Shown: piece after piece, positions 9,161-17,907 of the stretch | How positions within the stretch are numbered: position 1 is the first letter of the stretch | Layout of the letters: each line of letters opens with the position of its first letter | From: Vulcanimicrobiota bacterium | GTDB lineage: Bacteria > Vulcanimicrobiota > Vulcanimicrobiia > Vulcanimicrobiales > Vulcanimicrobiaceae | Direction: 5' to 3' | Assembly: GCA_963795855.1 (NCBI GenBank) | Contig: CAWCIZ010000006.1 | Location: 90,877 to 154,876, forward strand | DNA: 64,000 nucleotides | The notes under the pieces: generated by a model | Seen by the model: the letters and a program-made list of their open reading frames with translations, nothing else | Told to the model about the DNA's origin: nothing | The model's database searches: none | Program-made: the position numbers and the translations under genes

Positions 9161-10305
9161 GTTCGTATCGTATATCGAACATATGTTCGAGTCAAGTCCT
9201 GGTACAACGCGGCGATGTCCGCCGCTTGGCGATCGATTCCGTACCGGCCGGCCGCCGCACAGGCTCGCGCGGTTTCGCCGGCCTCGGGACTGGCCGGAAC
9301 GGCCGCGAAGGCCTCCGCAAACGCTTCACGGGTCGCAGCGACCAGCCGCCCGGCCCCGTCCAGGACTTCCCGCACCGGGGCTGCATCCGCGGCGATGACC
9401 AGCGTTCCGGCAGCCAGCGCCTCCGTTAGGACCAGCCCTTGCGTTTCCGTGACGCTCGGAAAAACGAAGGCGTCGGCGCTCGCGTAAAGGTCGGGAAGCG
9501 CCGCGCGGTCGACGGCGCCCAGAAATGTTATGCGATCGGCGATGCCGTTCTCTTGCGCGCGTGCTTCAAGCGCTGCGCGTTCGGGTCCGTCGCCCGCGAT
9601 CACGAGGTGAACGGGAACGCTGCAAACTCGAACTGCATCGAGCAGCAGCTCGACGTTCTTCTCTCGCGCGAGCCGTGAAACGAACAGCAGCATCCGTTCG
9701 CCGGCGCGCACGCCGGCGGACGTGCGAAGGGCGGCGCTGCGCGTGCCGCAGCTGAACGTGTGCAAATCGATGCCGCTGGGGATCACTTCCACGCGCACGG
9801 TGACGCCGAGGTCGATCAAATGCTCGCGCATCGATTCGGTCGGCACGATGACGGCATCGGCGAGATTGGCAAAGCTGCGCGTTAGCGTCGAGGCCGCGCG
9901 CCGCGTCGCTTGCGGTTCGAACGGGACGTAATGCGCGTACTCTTCCAGTTGCGTGTGATACGTGTACACCAGCGGAATGCGCAAACGCCGCGCATAGCGC
10001 ACGGCCATCCATCCGGTCACGAACGGTGAGTGCGCGTGCAGAATGTCGAGACGATTGATGACCGCGCGGCGGTTGTGCCGGCTGACGAGGGGCACCGTCA
10101 GGCGATACGCAGTGGCGGTCGGCAATGGAAGGGAGGGCATGCGGAACACCGGTTCGTCGCGCTCTTCGTAACCCGGAACGTGCGGTGTGAAGCAATACAC
10201 TTCGTGTCCCAGCGCGCGCAGCCCGCACGCCAAACCGTCGACGGATGCGACGATCCCATTGACGATTGGGTGGTACACTTCCGTGAAGAACCCGACACGC
10301 ATCAT
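9157..10305 (-). CDS. GT4 glycosyltransferase (diacylglycerol glucosyltransferase-like)
   Basis: FTEVYHPIVNG, HAHSPF, YTYHT, VSRLAREKN, FPSVTETQGLVLTEALAAG. Confidence 0.9.
   Translation of the reverse strand: MMRVGFFTEVYHPIVNGIVASVDGLACGLRALGHEVYCFTPHVPGYEERDEPVFRMPSLPLPTATAYRLTVPLVSRHNRRAVINRLDILHAHSPFVTGWMAVRYARRLRIPLVYTYHTQLEEYAHYVPFEPQATRRAASTLTRSFANLADAVIVPTESMREHLIDLGVTVRVEVIPSGIDLHTFSCGTRSAALRTSAGVRAGERMLLFVSRLAREKNVELLLDAVRVCSVPVHLVIAGDGPERAALEARAQENGIADRITFLGAVDRAALPDLYASADAFVFPSVTETQGLVLTEALAAGTLVIAADAAPVREVLDGAGRLVAATREAFAEAFAAVPASPEAGETARACAAAGRYGIDRQAADIAALYQDLTRTYVRYTIRT
9175..9190. promoter_or_regulatory. Putative LexA (SOS) box, Gram-positive type
   Basis: Perfect palindrome TCGAACATATGTTCGA matching CGAAC-N4-GTTCG, 14 nt upstream of the ATG at 9160. 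Confidence 0.75.
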
Positions 10306-10391
10306 GCTGTCTTATGCCCGATCGCAGCGGCGCCCTCGGAAGAGGTGACTCCTTCCGGCCCTCCGACTTTTGGCATATTCCGCAATTCGTA

Positions 10392-10629
10392 AAGGCATGG
10401 TATAGTGCCCGGGTCACTTACCGGTGGGACCGGTAAGCGCTCCGCCGGGCCTGCAATCGGTTCCGGCACAAGTAATTTTGGCGTTTCCAAGTCTTGGATC
10501 CGTCAACCAATAGCCGTTCTACAGGACCGAACTGCCCGCTAAGACGCCTCGTAAGGCGGCTTTAGCCCCGCCGTGCAGTCCTCCGCACTAAGGTGGCCTG
10601 GTGCCGGCCGTGCTCGGCATCCATGCCTT
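10392..10629. ncRNA. Candidate structured RNA or cis-regulatory leader of unknown family
   Basis: Nested complementary segments: 10392-10400/10621-10629, 10417-10425/10429-10437, 10463-10469/10601-10607, 10486-10490/10494-10498, 10531-10535/10575-10579, 10545-10548/10555-10558. Confidence 0.4.
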
Positions 10630-10646
10630 GCGAGAAAGGAGTTGGG

Positions 10647-11687
10647 TTGATAGGACGCAGTGTGAACCGCGTACTCCACCTTTGCGCCGTGGGAGTCCTC
10701 ACGGCAGGCCTGGTCGGCGCGGGCTTCGTCACCCATCCCGCCTCGGCCGTCGCAGCAGCGCTCGACGTCCAGACTGCCACGCACGTCGTGCTGTTCCAAT
10801 CCCAGGGGACGCAGACGCAGCATGTCACCTCCGCGCAAACGGTCGGTGCGTTTCTCAAAGAGCGCGGCATCGTTCCCGGACCTCGCGACTACGTGAGGCC
10901 CGCCGTCGATACCCCGCTCACCGACAACATCATCGTCGAATATTCGCCTGCCGTGCCGGTGCGTTTGATCACCGCGTCGGGAACGAAAACGATCGTTACC
11001 ACGGCCGACGACGTCGGCGCGCTGCTCGAAGAACAAGGCATACATCTCGACAAACACGACATCGTGCGTCCGTCGCTGGCGGATCCGATCGTCGCATATG
11101 GAACGATTCGCATCGCACGCGTCGTGAAGTGGGTTTCGAGCGAGAAGCGCCGCCTCGCGCAGCGAACGATTCACGAGATCGACTTTTCACTACCGCCGGG
11201 CGAAGTCAAAGTCGTGCGCAAAGGCGTTCCAGGCGTTGCGCTGACGATGGTCGATTACACGCAAACCGACGGCAAACTGCACAAGCGCGTGATGAGCACG
11301 CGCGTCCTGCGCAAACCGCAGGCGCGGGTGGTAGCGGAAGGCGTCGGCAGTGCAAACGCGATCGCCGATTTTGCGAAACGCGGCCTCGAAAAAACCTCGT
11401 ACATCGCGTCGGGTGCGCTCGACATGGTCGCAACGGCGTACACCGCCGAATGCGCGGGCTGCAGCGGTTACACGGCGACGGGTTATCGCGCGGGACACGG
11501 AATCGTAGCGGTAGATCCGCGCGTAATCCCGCTCGGCACGCGTCTGTACATTCCCGGCTACGGGTTCGCGATTGCGGGCGACACGGGCGGGGCTATACAC
11601 GGCTACCGGATCGATCTCGGTTTCAATTCGATTAGCGACGCGCTCGATTTCGGGCGCCGCCCGGTGAAAGTCTACACGCTGCATTAA
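10647..11687 (+). CDS. YabE/RpfB-like cell wall protein (DUF348 repeats, G5, 3D domain)
   Basis: AAAGGAG RBS then TTG at 10647; TSAQTVGAFL and ADDVGALL DUF348 repeats; ATAYT...AVDPRVIPLGT...AGDTGGAI...RIDL 3D domain; precedes rsmA. Confidence 0.9.
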   Translation: MIGRSVNRVLHLCAVGVLTAGLVGAGFVTHPASAVAAALDVQTATHVVLFQSQGTQTQHVTSAQTVGAFLKERGIVPGPRDYVRPAVDTPLTDNIIVEYSPAVPVRLITASGTKTIVTTADDVGALLEEQGIHLDKHDIVRPSLADPIVAYGTIRIARVVKWVSSEKRRLAQRTIHEIDFSLPPGEVKVVRKGVPGVALTMVDYTQTDGKLHKRVMSTRVLRKPQARVVAEGVGSANAIADFAKRGLEKTSYIASGALDMVATAYTAECAGCSGYTATGYRAGHGIVAVDPRVIPLGTRLYIPGYGFAIAGDTGGAIHGYRIDLGFNSISDALDFGRRPVKVYTLH

Positions 11688-11718
11688 TAAAGAAGAAAAC
11701 CCGAGGGCGCGCCAGGTA

Positions 11719-12555
11719 ATGCAAAATCATCCGAAAGCGCTGCTCGAACGGTTCGGTTACAAACCGAAAAAACGGTTCGGGCAGAACTTTCTCATGGATG
11801 CGGCCGCGGCGGCGCGCATCGCGGAACTCGTCGTAGAAGGCTCGCCCGGCGGCGAGCCTTTTCGCGTTCTGGAAATAGGTCCCGGCACCGGCGCCCTTAC
11901 GCACGCGCTGCTGCAAGCTCACGACGACGTGAGCGCGCTCGACGTCGATCCGGACATGCTGCGCATTTTGCGCTCGCGCGAGGACATTGCAAAAGCGCAC
12001 GTCATCGAAGCCGACGCGCTGACCTTTGACTACGGCGAGTTCGCGAACGGTAAGAATTGGCGCGTCACTGGAAATCTTCCGTACAACGTCGCGACGCCGC
12101 TGGTCATGCGTTTCGTCGAAATGCAGAACGGCCCGAAGCTGCTCGTCGTCATGGTGCAAAAAGAGGTGGCCGATCGTTTCGCCGCGCGGCCCGGAACGCC
12201 GGCATACGGGAGCCTTAGCGTGGCCGTGCAGTATGCAATGCACGTAGAAAAGGCGTTCACGCTCAAACCCGGCGCGTTTTACCCGCGACCGAAGATAGAC
12301 TCGACGGTCGTGCGGCTGATCCGAAGAAGCGAACCGGCAGTCGCCATACGCGACGAGCACCGCTTTCTGCAGGTCGTACGGGCGGCGTTCGCGTACCGCC
12401 GGAAAACATTGGCCAACAGCCTTTTGCTGGCGCTCGGTCTGCCGCGTGCGGACGTTACGCGAGCGCTCGCGCAGATCGGCCTGGATACGGAGATACGTGG
12501 AGAACAACTCGCGCTCGCAGATTTTGCAAGACTCGCGGATCGTCTTTCCGCCTGA
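11719..12555 (+). CDS. rsmA: 16S rRNA adenine dimethyltransferase
   Basis: KKRFGQNFL, LEIGPGTGALT, GNLPYNV, MVQKEVA, RRKTLAN. Confidence 0.96.
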   Translation: MQNHPKALLERFGYKPKKRFGQNFLMDAAAAARIAELVVEGSPGGEPFRVLEIGPGTGALTHALLQAHDDVSALDVDPDMLRILRSREDIAKAHVIEADALTFDYGEFANGKNWRVTGNLPYNVATPLVMRFVEMQNGPKLLVVMVQKEVADRFAARPGTPAYGSLSVAVQYAMHVEKAFTLKPGAFYPRPKIDSTVVRLIRRSEPAVAIRDEHRFLQVVRAAFAYRRKTLANSLLLALGLPRADVTRALAQIGLDTEIRGEQLALADFARLADRLSA

Positions 12556-13285
12556 CGCATTCTGGTGGCTCCCGACCGTCGGTTTCGTTGCCGGGGCCCT
12601 CTTGATTTTTTTCGTGCTGATGGCCGTGCTCGCCGTAGGATGGGGCGCCTGGCAGCATCTCGATCTCTATGCGACGGCGCGCGCCGTCGCGGGACCGCCG
12701 GGCGTAGCGATTCAGTCGATTGCCGAAATCGTCATCGTCGTATACATCGTGCTGCTGCTGCCGCCGGTGTCCAAGACGTCGCTCTCCGGGATTGGCTTCC
12801 GCAAGATCTCCGGCGCGCAACTCGGCGCTATCGCGATCGCCGCGATTGCGATGTTCTTGGTGGTGACGCCGCTTGCGAGCATTCTCGAAACCGTTCTTCA
12901 CTTCAAGACCCCCGAACAAGCGATCGCAATGTTCACGCGAACCGGCGGTTGGGCGAAAATAGCGTTCGCATTCTTCGGCATCGTCGTCGCGCCCGCGTTC
13001 GAAGAAGCGGTCTTCCGGCTCGTGCTTTTCAACGCGATGCGTCGATGGTGGGGATTTTGGCCGGGGGCAATCGTCAGTTCGGCACTCTTCGGTCTCGCGC
13101 ACGCGCAGCCGCCGGTCACGCCCGCAATGTTCGCATGCATCAGCTTCCCGCTGGCCGTGGGCGGCATCATTCTCTGCATGGTCTACGCGAAGACGAACAA
13201 CGCCTGGGCCAGCATGATAACGCACGGAGCCTTCAACGCGTTTTCGCTCATTCTGCTGCTCCTGTTTCCGCAGTTGGCAAAATGA
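12524..13285 (+). CDS. CPBP/Abi family intramembrane metalloprotease (start approximate)
   Basis: APAFEEAVFR, SSALFGLAH, HGAFN motifs; multiple TM helices. Confidence 0.88.
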   Translation: MQDSRIVFPPDAFWWLPTVGFVAGALLIFFVLMAVLAVGWGAWQHLDLYATARAVAGPPGVAIQSIAEIVIVVYIVLLLPPVSKTSLSGIGFRKISGAQLGAIAIAAIAMFLVVTPLASILETVLHFKTPEQAIAMFTRTGGWAKIAFAFFGIVVAPAFEEAVFRLVLFNAMRRWWGFWPGAIVSSALFGLAHAQPPVTPAMFACISFPLAVGGIILCMVYAKTNNAWASMITHGAFNAFSLILLLLFPQLAK

Positions 13286-14269
13286 ATCTCGGGGTTGACG
13301 CGTTCAACCTCGAAACCGACCGTCGCGGCATGGGCCGCGTAGTACGCCTGACGCTCGAACGCCTCGAACGCATGGACGGCGTGAACGTCGTACGAATTTT
13401 CCGAACGCGTAAACGGGGCGGCGTCACGCCGCGCGATCTTTCCCGCTTGAAAATGGATGCGGTCTGGTATCCCTGGAACGGGATGCGGTTTGCGCCGCAC
13501 GGGCCCGCGATCGTCACCGTGCACGATCCGTTTGCGTTCACGTACCCGCACTCCAATCCGGTCGCGCGTTGGCGCGAACAAGCGCCGATCCGCCGCGCAC
13601 TGCGCCGGGCCGATCGCATTTTCGCCGTCTCACATTGGACTGCGGAACGGATACGGCAGATGTTCGCCATCGCCGGCGAGAGGCTGCGCGTCGTGCATCC
13701 CGCATCGGATCCGTTTTGGCAGCCTGTCGAAACGCGCGGCGGCGACCCGTACGTGTTGTTCGTTGCGGGGCCGGATGCGCGGAAAAACGCCGCGCTCTTT
13801 TTCGACGCTTACGAGAACGCGTTCTCCGGCGGCGGACCGCAACTGGTCGTGGCCGGAACGCTGAGCGGCGCGGATGAAGCGCGTTTCGCGACGCTGCGCG
13901 TGAATGGCCGCCGCACCGCGCCATCCGACGAGAGAGCTGCGCGAACTTTACTCGGGCGCGCTTGCGGTCGCCGTACCGTCGCTGGCGGAGGGTTTTGGAC
14001 TGCCGGTCGTGGAGGCCATGGCGTGCGGCGCGCCGGTACTCGCTTCAGACGCGGGCGGGCTTCCGGAAGCTGCGGACGGCGCGGCGTTGCTGCTCTCCCC
14101 GAACGATGCGCGCGCGTGGAGCGACGCGCTGCGCGCGCTCGTGACCGATTACGCCAAGCGCGAAGTGCTTCGCGAACGCGGGTTCGCACGCGTGCGGCGG
14201 ATGGACGCGAATGCGCCCGCTACCGCGCTGATCGAGTCTGTTCGACGATTCTACGAAACGCGGCAATGA
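13282..14269 (+). CDS. GT4 glycosyltransferase, frameshifted near 13930
   Basis: N-part MNLGVDA...VTVHDP...RKN in one frame; C-part ELRELYSGA...PSLAEGFGLPVVEAMACG in another; one extra base in GAGAGAG. Confidence 0.85.
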
Positions 14270-15299
14270 ACCGATCCGGCGCGAATGTCTGCGCATGTTC
14301 GCGCAAGCGGGCCGGTTCGTAGCGCCGCTCGTCGAACGCGCGAAGCGCCGCCGCGAGCGACTCCGGCGAAGCATCGTCGAAAAACTCTCCGGTAACGCCC
14401 TCGAGGATCGTTTCGAGCGCGCCGCCGGAGCGATACGCAATCGTTGGACGTGCGCACGCTGCCGCCTCGAGTGGAACGAGCCCGTAATCTTCTTCACCCG
14501 GTACAATCGCAGCGCGCGCGTTACCGAGCAAAACGTTCATGCGTTCGTCGCTTACGAAGCCCAGCATCGTCGTGGTCGTCCCGCGCGCGAGTTCGCGAAG
14601 CGGCTTCTCTGCGGGACCTGCCCCGGCTACGAGAAGCGGAACCCGCGCAATTTGCGCCGCGCGAATCGCGAGATCGATCCGCTTGTACGGCAGCAGACGT
14701 GACGCAATCGCGAAGTAATCGCCGCGCGCCTGGCCCGGGCTGAACCGATCGATGTCCACCGGCGCATGCAGCACGATCGCGTCGCGGCCGTAGTAGCGGC
14801 GTATTCGTTCGGCAGCGTTCCGCGAACTAGCGACGAACTGCGTGGGCCGCAGCGCCGCGCGCTTGTCCCAATCGACTAATCGGCGCACGACCGGCCTCGT
14901 CGCCAGCGCCGTCGCTTTGCGCCCCACATACGAGTCGTATGCGAACGCAAAGCGGCTGACCGTATGCGTGTAACACACATGCACGGCGCCGGGCGGTACG
15001 ATGACACCCTTGGCCCATGCCGTGGTCGAACTAACGATCGTGTCGTAAGCGGAGAGATCGAATCGCTCGAACGCGGCCGGGTATAGAGGCGCCAAATAGC
15101 GGAAATAGCGGTTTGCGCCCGGCAGTTTGGCGAGAAACGACGCCCGAACCCGCGCGCTTTCCACGAGGTCGCCCGTCTGCTTGCGATCGTACAATGCGGT
15201 GTAGACCGGCGCGTCGGGATATGCGCGTGCGAGATGCGCGAAAACACGCTCGGCGCCGCCGCGCTGATTCAAGTAGTCATGGACGAGCGCGACGTTCAA
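14220..15299 (-). CDS. GT4 glycosyltransferase
   Basis: ALVHDYLNQRGGAERV, RLLPYKRIDL, EEDYGLVPLEA. Confidence 0.92.
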   Translation of the reverse strand: MNVALVHDYLNQRGGAERVFAHLARAYPDAPVYTALYDRKQTGDLVESARVRASFLAKLPGANRYFRYLAPLYPAAFERFDLSAYDTIVSSTTAWAKGVIVPPGAVHVCYTHTVSRFAFAYDSYVGRKATALATRPVVRRLVDWDKRAALRPTQFVASSRNAAERIRRYYGRDAIVLHAPVDIDRFSPGQARGDYFAIASRLLPYKRIDLAIRAAQIARVPLLVAGAGPAEKPLRELARGTTTTMLGFVSDERMNVLLGNARAAIVPGEEDYGLVPLEAAACARPTIAYRSGGALETILEGVTGEFFDDASPESLAAALRAFDERRYEPARLREHAQTFAPDRFIAAFRRIVEQTRSAR

Positions 15300-15303
15300 C
15301 AGG

Positions 15304-16572
15304 CTATGGAGTGGGAGTCTGAACGCTCTGCTGCGAACGCGGCAGCACGAGCGCGATGATCGGCGCGCTCAGATAGCGCGACGCGACGCGCTGCAGATCG
15401 GCGGCGCTCGTGCCGTTGATGTCCGCGAGCGCGCGCGTGAAGTAATCGCCGGTTCCGCCGCGCGAGGCGTACACCGCTGCGAACCATGCGCGGTCCTGAA
15501 GCGTGACGGTATCTTCGAGCAGCCGGCCCGCGGCGTAGCTCTTCATATCGCTCATGTCGCCGCCGAGTTTCGCGTGGCCCAATACGTTCACGACCGTGAG
15601 TGCGGTGGCAAACGTGCGCGTCGGATCGCCCAAACCGCCGTCGACGTAGATAACGACGTTCGCGGGGCGCGCGTCGAAATTATAGTAGGCGCCGACGCCG
15701 CGCTGGGATGAGGACCGCGTCGCGATCGCGGGTACTTCGGAAACGTCCGCGAGCGTTCGCTGCATGAATGCCGTGAGAATGAGCATCGCCCCGAAGTCTT
15801 TGCTCTGCAAATCCGGAGCGGGATACTGCGCAACCAGCCACGGTACGGGCACGTCGCGTCGCGCGAGCAGTTCGCGCGTGGTGGAACCGGCCGGCGCAGC
15901 GCTGACTTGTGCGGCCGGAGAGACGCCTTGCGGCAAACCGTCGACCAGACTCGTAAACGCACCGTTCGAAACGCTGCCGACGTTTCCGACGGCGCTTACG
16001 ACCGCATCACCGCTCCTGTAATGCTCGGCGTAGAACGCGCGCGCGTCCGCCGCGCTCAAACTCGCCAGCGTGGCGGGTAAACCGTACGGCGGCATTCCGG
16101 CAGAATCGGGATAGAATGCGCGATTGAGCATATCGATGCCCACCGTCAGCGGCGCGCGTTCCGACTGCGAGATTTTCGCGGCGAGTGCGGCGCGCGCGGC
16201 GCGCACGGTCGTCACGCTGAAGTCCGGTTTCGCTAGTGCGGATCGGAAAAGCGAAAGAAGCGTCGGGTACGAACCGCCTAGCCCTTCCAGATAGAAGCGT
16301 ACGTTTCGCGCATCGACCGAATACGTAATCGATCCGCCGTGCGCCGCGATCGCTGCTTGCAGCGGCGTCCCGCCTTCCACAGGCGTGCGTAAAATCGATT
16401 CGGCCACGAGCGCGGCCAGCCCATTCTGCCGCGACGTCTGCCGATCCAGACCGCCCTGCAGCAGAAGTTCCGTTCCGACGAGTTGAGCCGTCGCGTCGGG
16501 CTGCTGGACCACGAGCGGTCCCGCGCCGCGCGCGGGGCTCGCGGCCAAAAGCAGCGTGGCGAGCAAGAGCAC
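15304..16572 (-). CDS. Exported M16 (insulinase) peptidase-like protein lacking HXXEH
   Basis: Signal peptide; GLAALVAESIL, YGLPATLASLSAADARAFYAEHY...VVSAVGNV, DLQRVASRYL M16 motifs. Confidence 0.8.
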   Translation of the reverse strand: MLLLATLLLAASPARGAGPLVVQQPDATAQLVGTELLLQGGLDRQTSRQNGLAALVAESILRTPVEGGTPLQAAIAAHGGSITYSVDARNVRFYLEGLGGSYPTLLSLFRSALAKPDFSVTTVRAARAALAAKISQSERAPLTVGIDMLNRAFYPDSAGMPPYGLPATLASLSAADARAFYAEHYRSGDAVVSAVGNVGSVSNGAFTSLVDGLPQGVSPAAQVSAAPAGSTTRELLARRDVPVPWLVAQYPAPDLQSKDFGAMLILTAFMQRTLADVSEVPAIATRSSSQRGVGAYYNFDARPANVVIYVDGGLGDPTRTFATALTVVNVLGHAKLGGDMSDMKSYAAGRLLEDTVTLQDRAWFAAVYASRGGTGDYFTRALADINGTSAADLQRVASRYLSAPIIALVLPRSQQSVQTPTP

Positions 16573-16587
16573 CGGCGTGCCGCAGGT

Positions 16588-17907
16588 TCATGCCGTGGTT
16601 CCCTTCTGATCGGTGGAGATCAGTTGCACGATGGCCGGATGCTGCAAGTACGTGCGCGCCATCTGCGCGATGAAGCCGGGATCCAGCGATTCGAGCGCTT
16701 TCAGGTACTCGCCGGAGGAAGAACCCGGCGCGTATTGCGCGTTGCCTTCAGCGGCATACCACCCGAAGTTGTCTGCTCGTGACATCGGCGTCTGCGTCTG
16801 GCTGAAAATGTGATATTCGAATGCGGTACGCGCCGCTTCGAAGGTTTTCGAATCCATCGGCTTCTGCATCGCTTCGACCGCGTCGTCGACCTGCGCGCGC
16901 AATGCTGCGGAGTTCACGCCGGAAATCGTCAGCAGCAATACGCCGGGATTGTGCAGCGTGATGAATTGTCCGTTCACGAACGCGTTCCGGTTCGACTTCT
17001 GCACCGAACGTGCGAACGTTCCATGTTCGTTGTCGAAAAGATAATCGGCCAAAAAATCCAGCGCGGTGGCGGCTTTCATGTCCGCGATCGGCGGCCCGGC
17101 CCACGCGAAACCCAGGCCTGACACGTACGCGTTTTTCGCGGACGCCGCCGGCATTGCGGCGAGCGCCGAATCGAAGGGCGGATCCATCGGTGCGCCCGCA
17201 GCCGCGCCGCGCACGTCGGAGAGCAGTTGGCCGTTCACGGCGCCGGCGAGCGAAAGCACCGCGTTGTTCTGCCGGAACGATCGCGTCGCGAAAGTCTTGA
17301 GCGTGTCCTCGGGAATTTTCGTGAAATCGGACGCGGCGCTCGGCGTAGGCGCATAGTGCGCCGGACCGGACGTGAAGAGCTGCGCCAGCAGCGAGTCTTG
17401 CAAAATGCGTTCCGGATCGAACCGCGTCTCCGCCGCGGCGACGGCGCAGTCGCGCAACGCGGCTTTGAGCCCATCGGCGGATATCGACGGCGAAAAATAC
17501 GCCGAAGTCAGTGCGCGCAACGTTTGCGCCGCATCCCAGGACGGGACGCTGACGCCCACCATCGCGATGTCCGGATACACGCTGATGCTGAGCGTTCCGC
17601 CGAACCGGTTCACGAGCTCGCTCAGGGAGCTGGCGTGCTCGGCGTGAGACGCGGCGACGGCGGTAATCGCCAAACGCGCGATACCGGGGTACGCGCCGTT
17701 CGTCCCCGCCGCAGGCGCGCGAAACCACAGTTCCATTGCGCTGCTGCGCGCGAGTTCGTCGCGACGCAGCACGTACGCGCCGCCGCCCGGCATACTGCCC
17801 GCGCTTTCGAATTGCGGAGCCTGCGCCGCAGCGTTTGGAGCGTGAAACGCAAACAGCGACATGCTCAGGCACATCGCTGCTGCTGCACGAACGAGGCCGT
17901 GCGTCAC
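16588..17907 (-). CDS. Exported M16 peptidase-like protein lacking HXXEH
   Basis: GTG overlaps the ftsH stop; signal peptide; ELWFRAPA...PGIARLA, NAVLSLAG, FIAQMARTYL. Confidence 0.75.
   Translation of the reverse strand: MTHGLVRAAAAMCLSMSLFAFHAPNAAAQAPQFESAGSMPGGGAYVLRRDELARSSAMELWFRAPAAGTNGAYPGIARLAITAVAASHAEHASSLSELVNRFGGTLSISVYPDIAMVGVSVPSWDAAQTLRALTSAYFSPSISADGLKAALRDCAVAAAETRFDPERILQDSLLAQLFTSGPAHYAPTPSAASDFTKIPEDTLKTFATRSFRQNNAVLSLAGAVNGQLLSDVRGAAAGAPMDPPFDSALAAMPAASAKNAYVSGLGFAWAGPPIADMKAATALDFLADYLFDNEHGTFARSVQKSNRNAFVNGQFITLHNPGVLLLTISGVNSAALRAQVDDAVEAMQKPMDSKTFEAARTAFEYHIFSQTQTPMSRADNFGWYAAEGNAQYAPGSSSGEYLKALESLDPGFIAQMARTYLQHPAIVQLISTDQKGTTA

Noticed and set aside
10302..10490. 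62 aa ORF on the minus strand
   Set aside because: No recognisable motif, TTG start, overlaps the structured intergenic element
10500..10560. c-di-AMP (ydaO) riboswitch call from CCGAAC...GCTAA...CCTCGTAAG resemblance
   Set aside because: The upstream GGGGGACCCA and GGGGTGAAT elements are absent; kept only as an unclassified structured element
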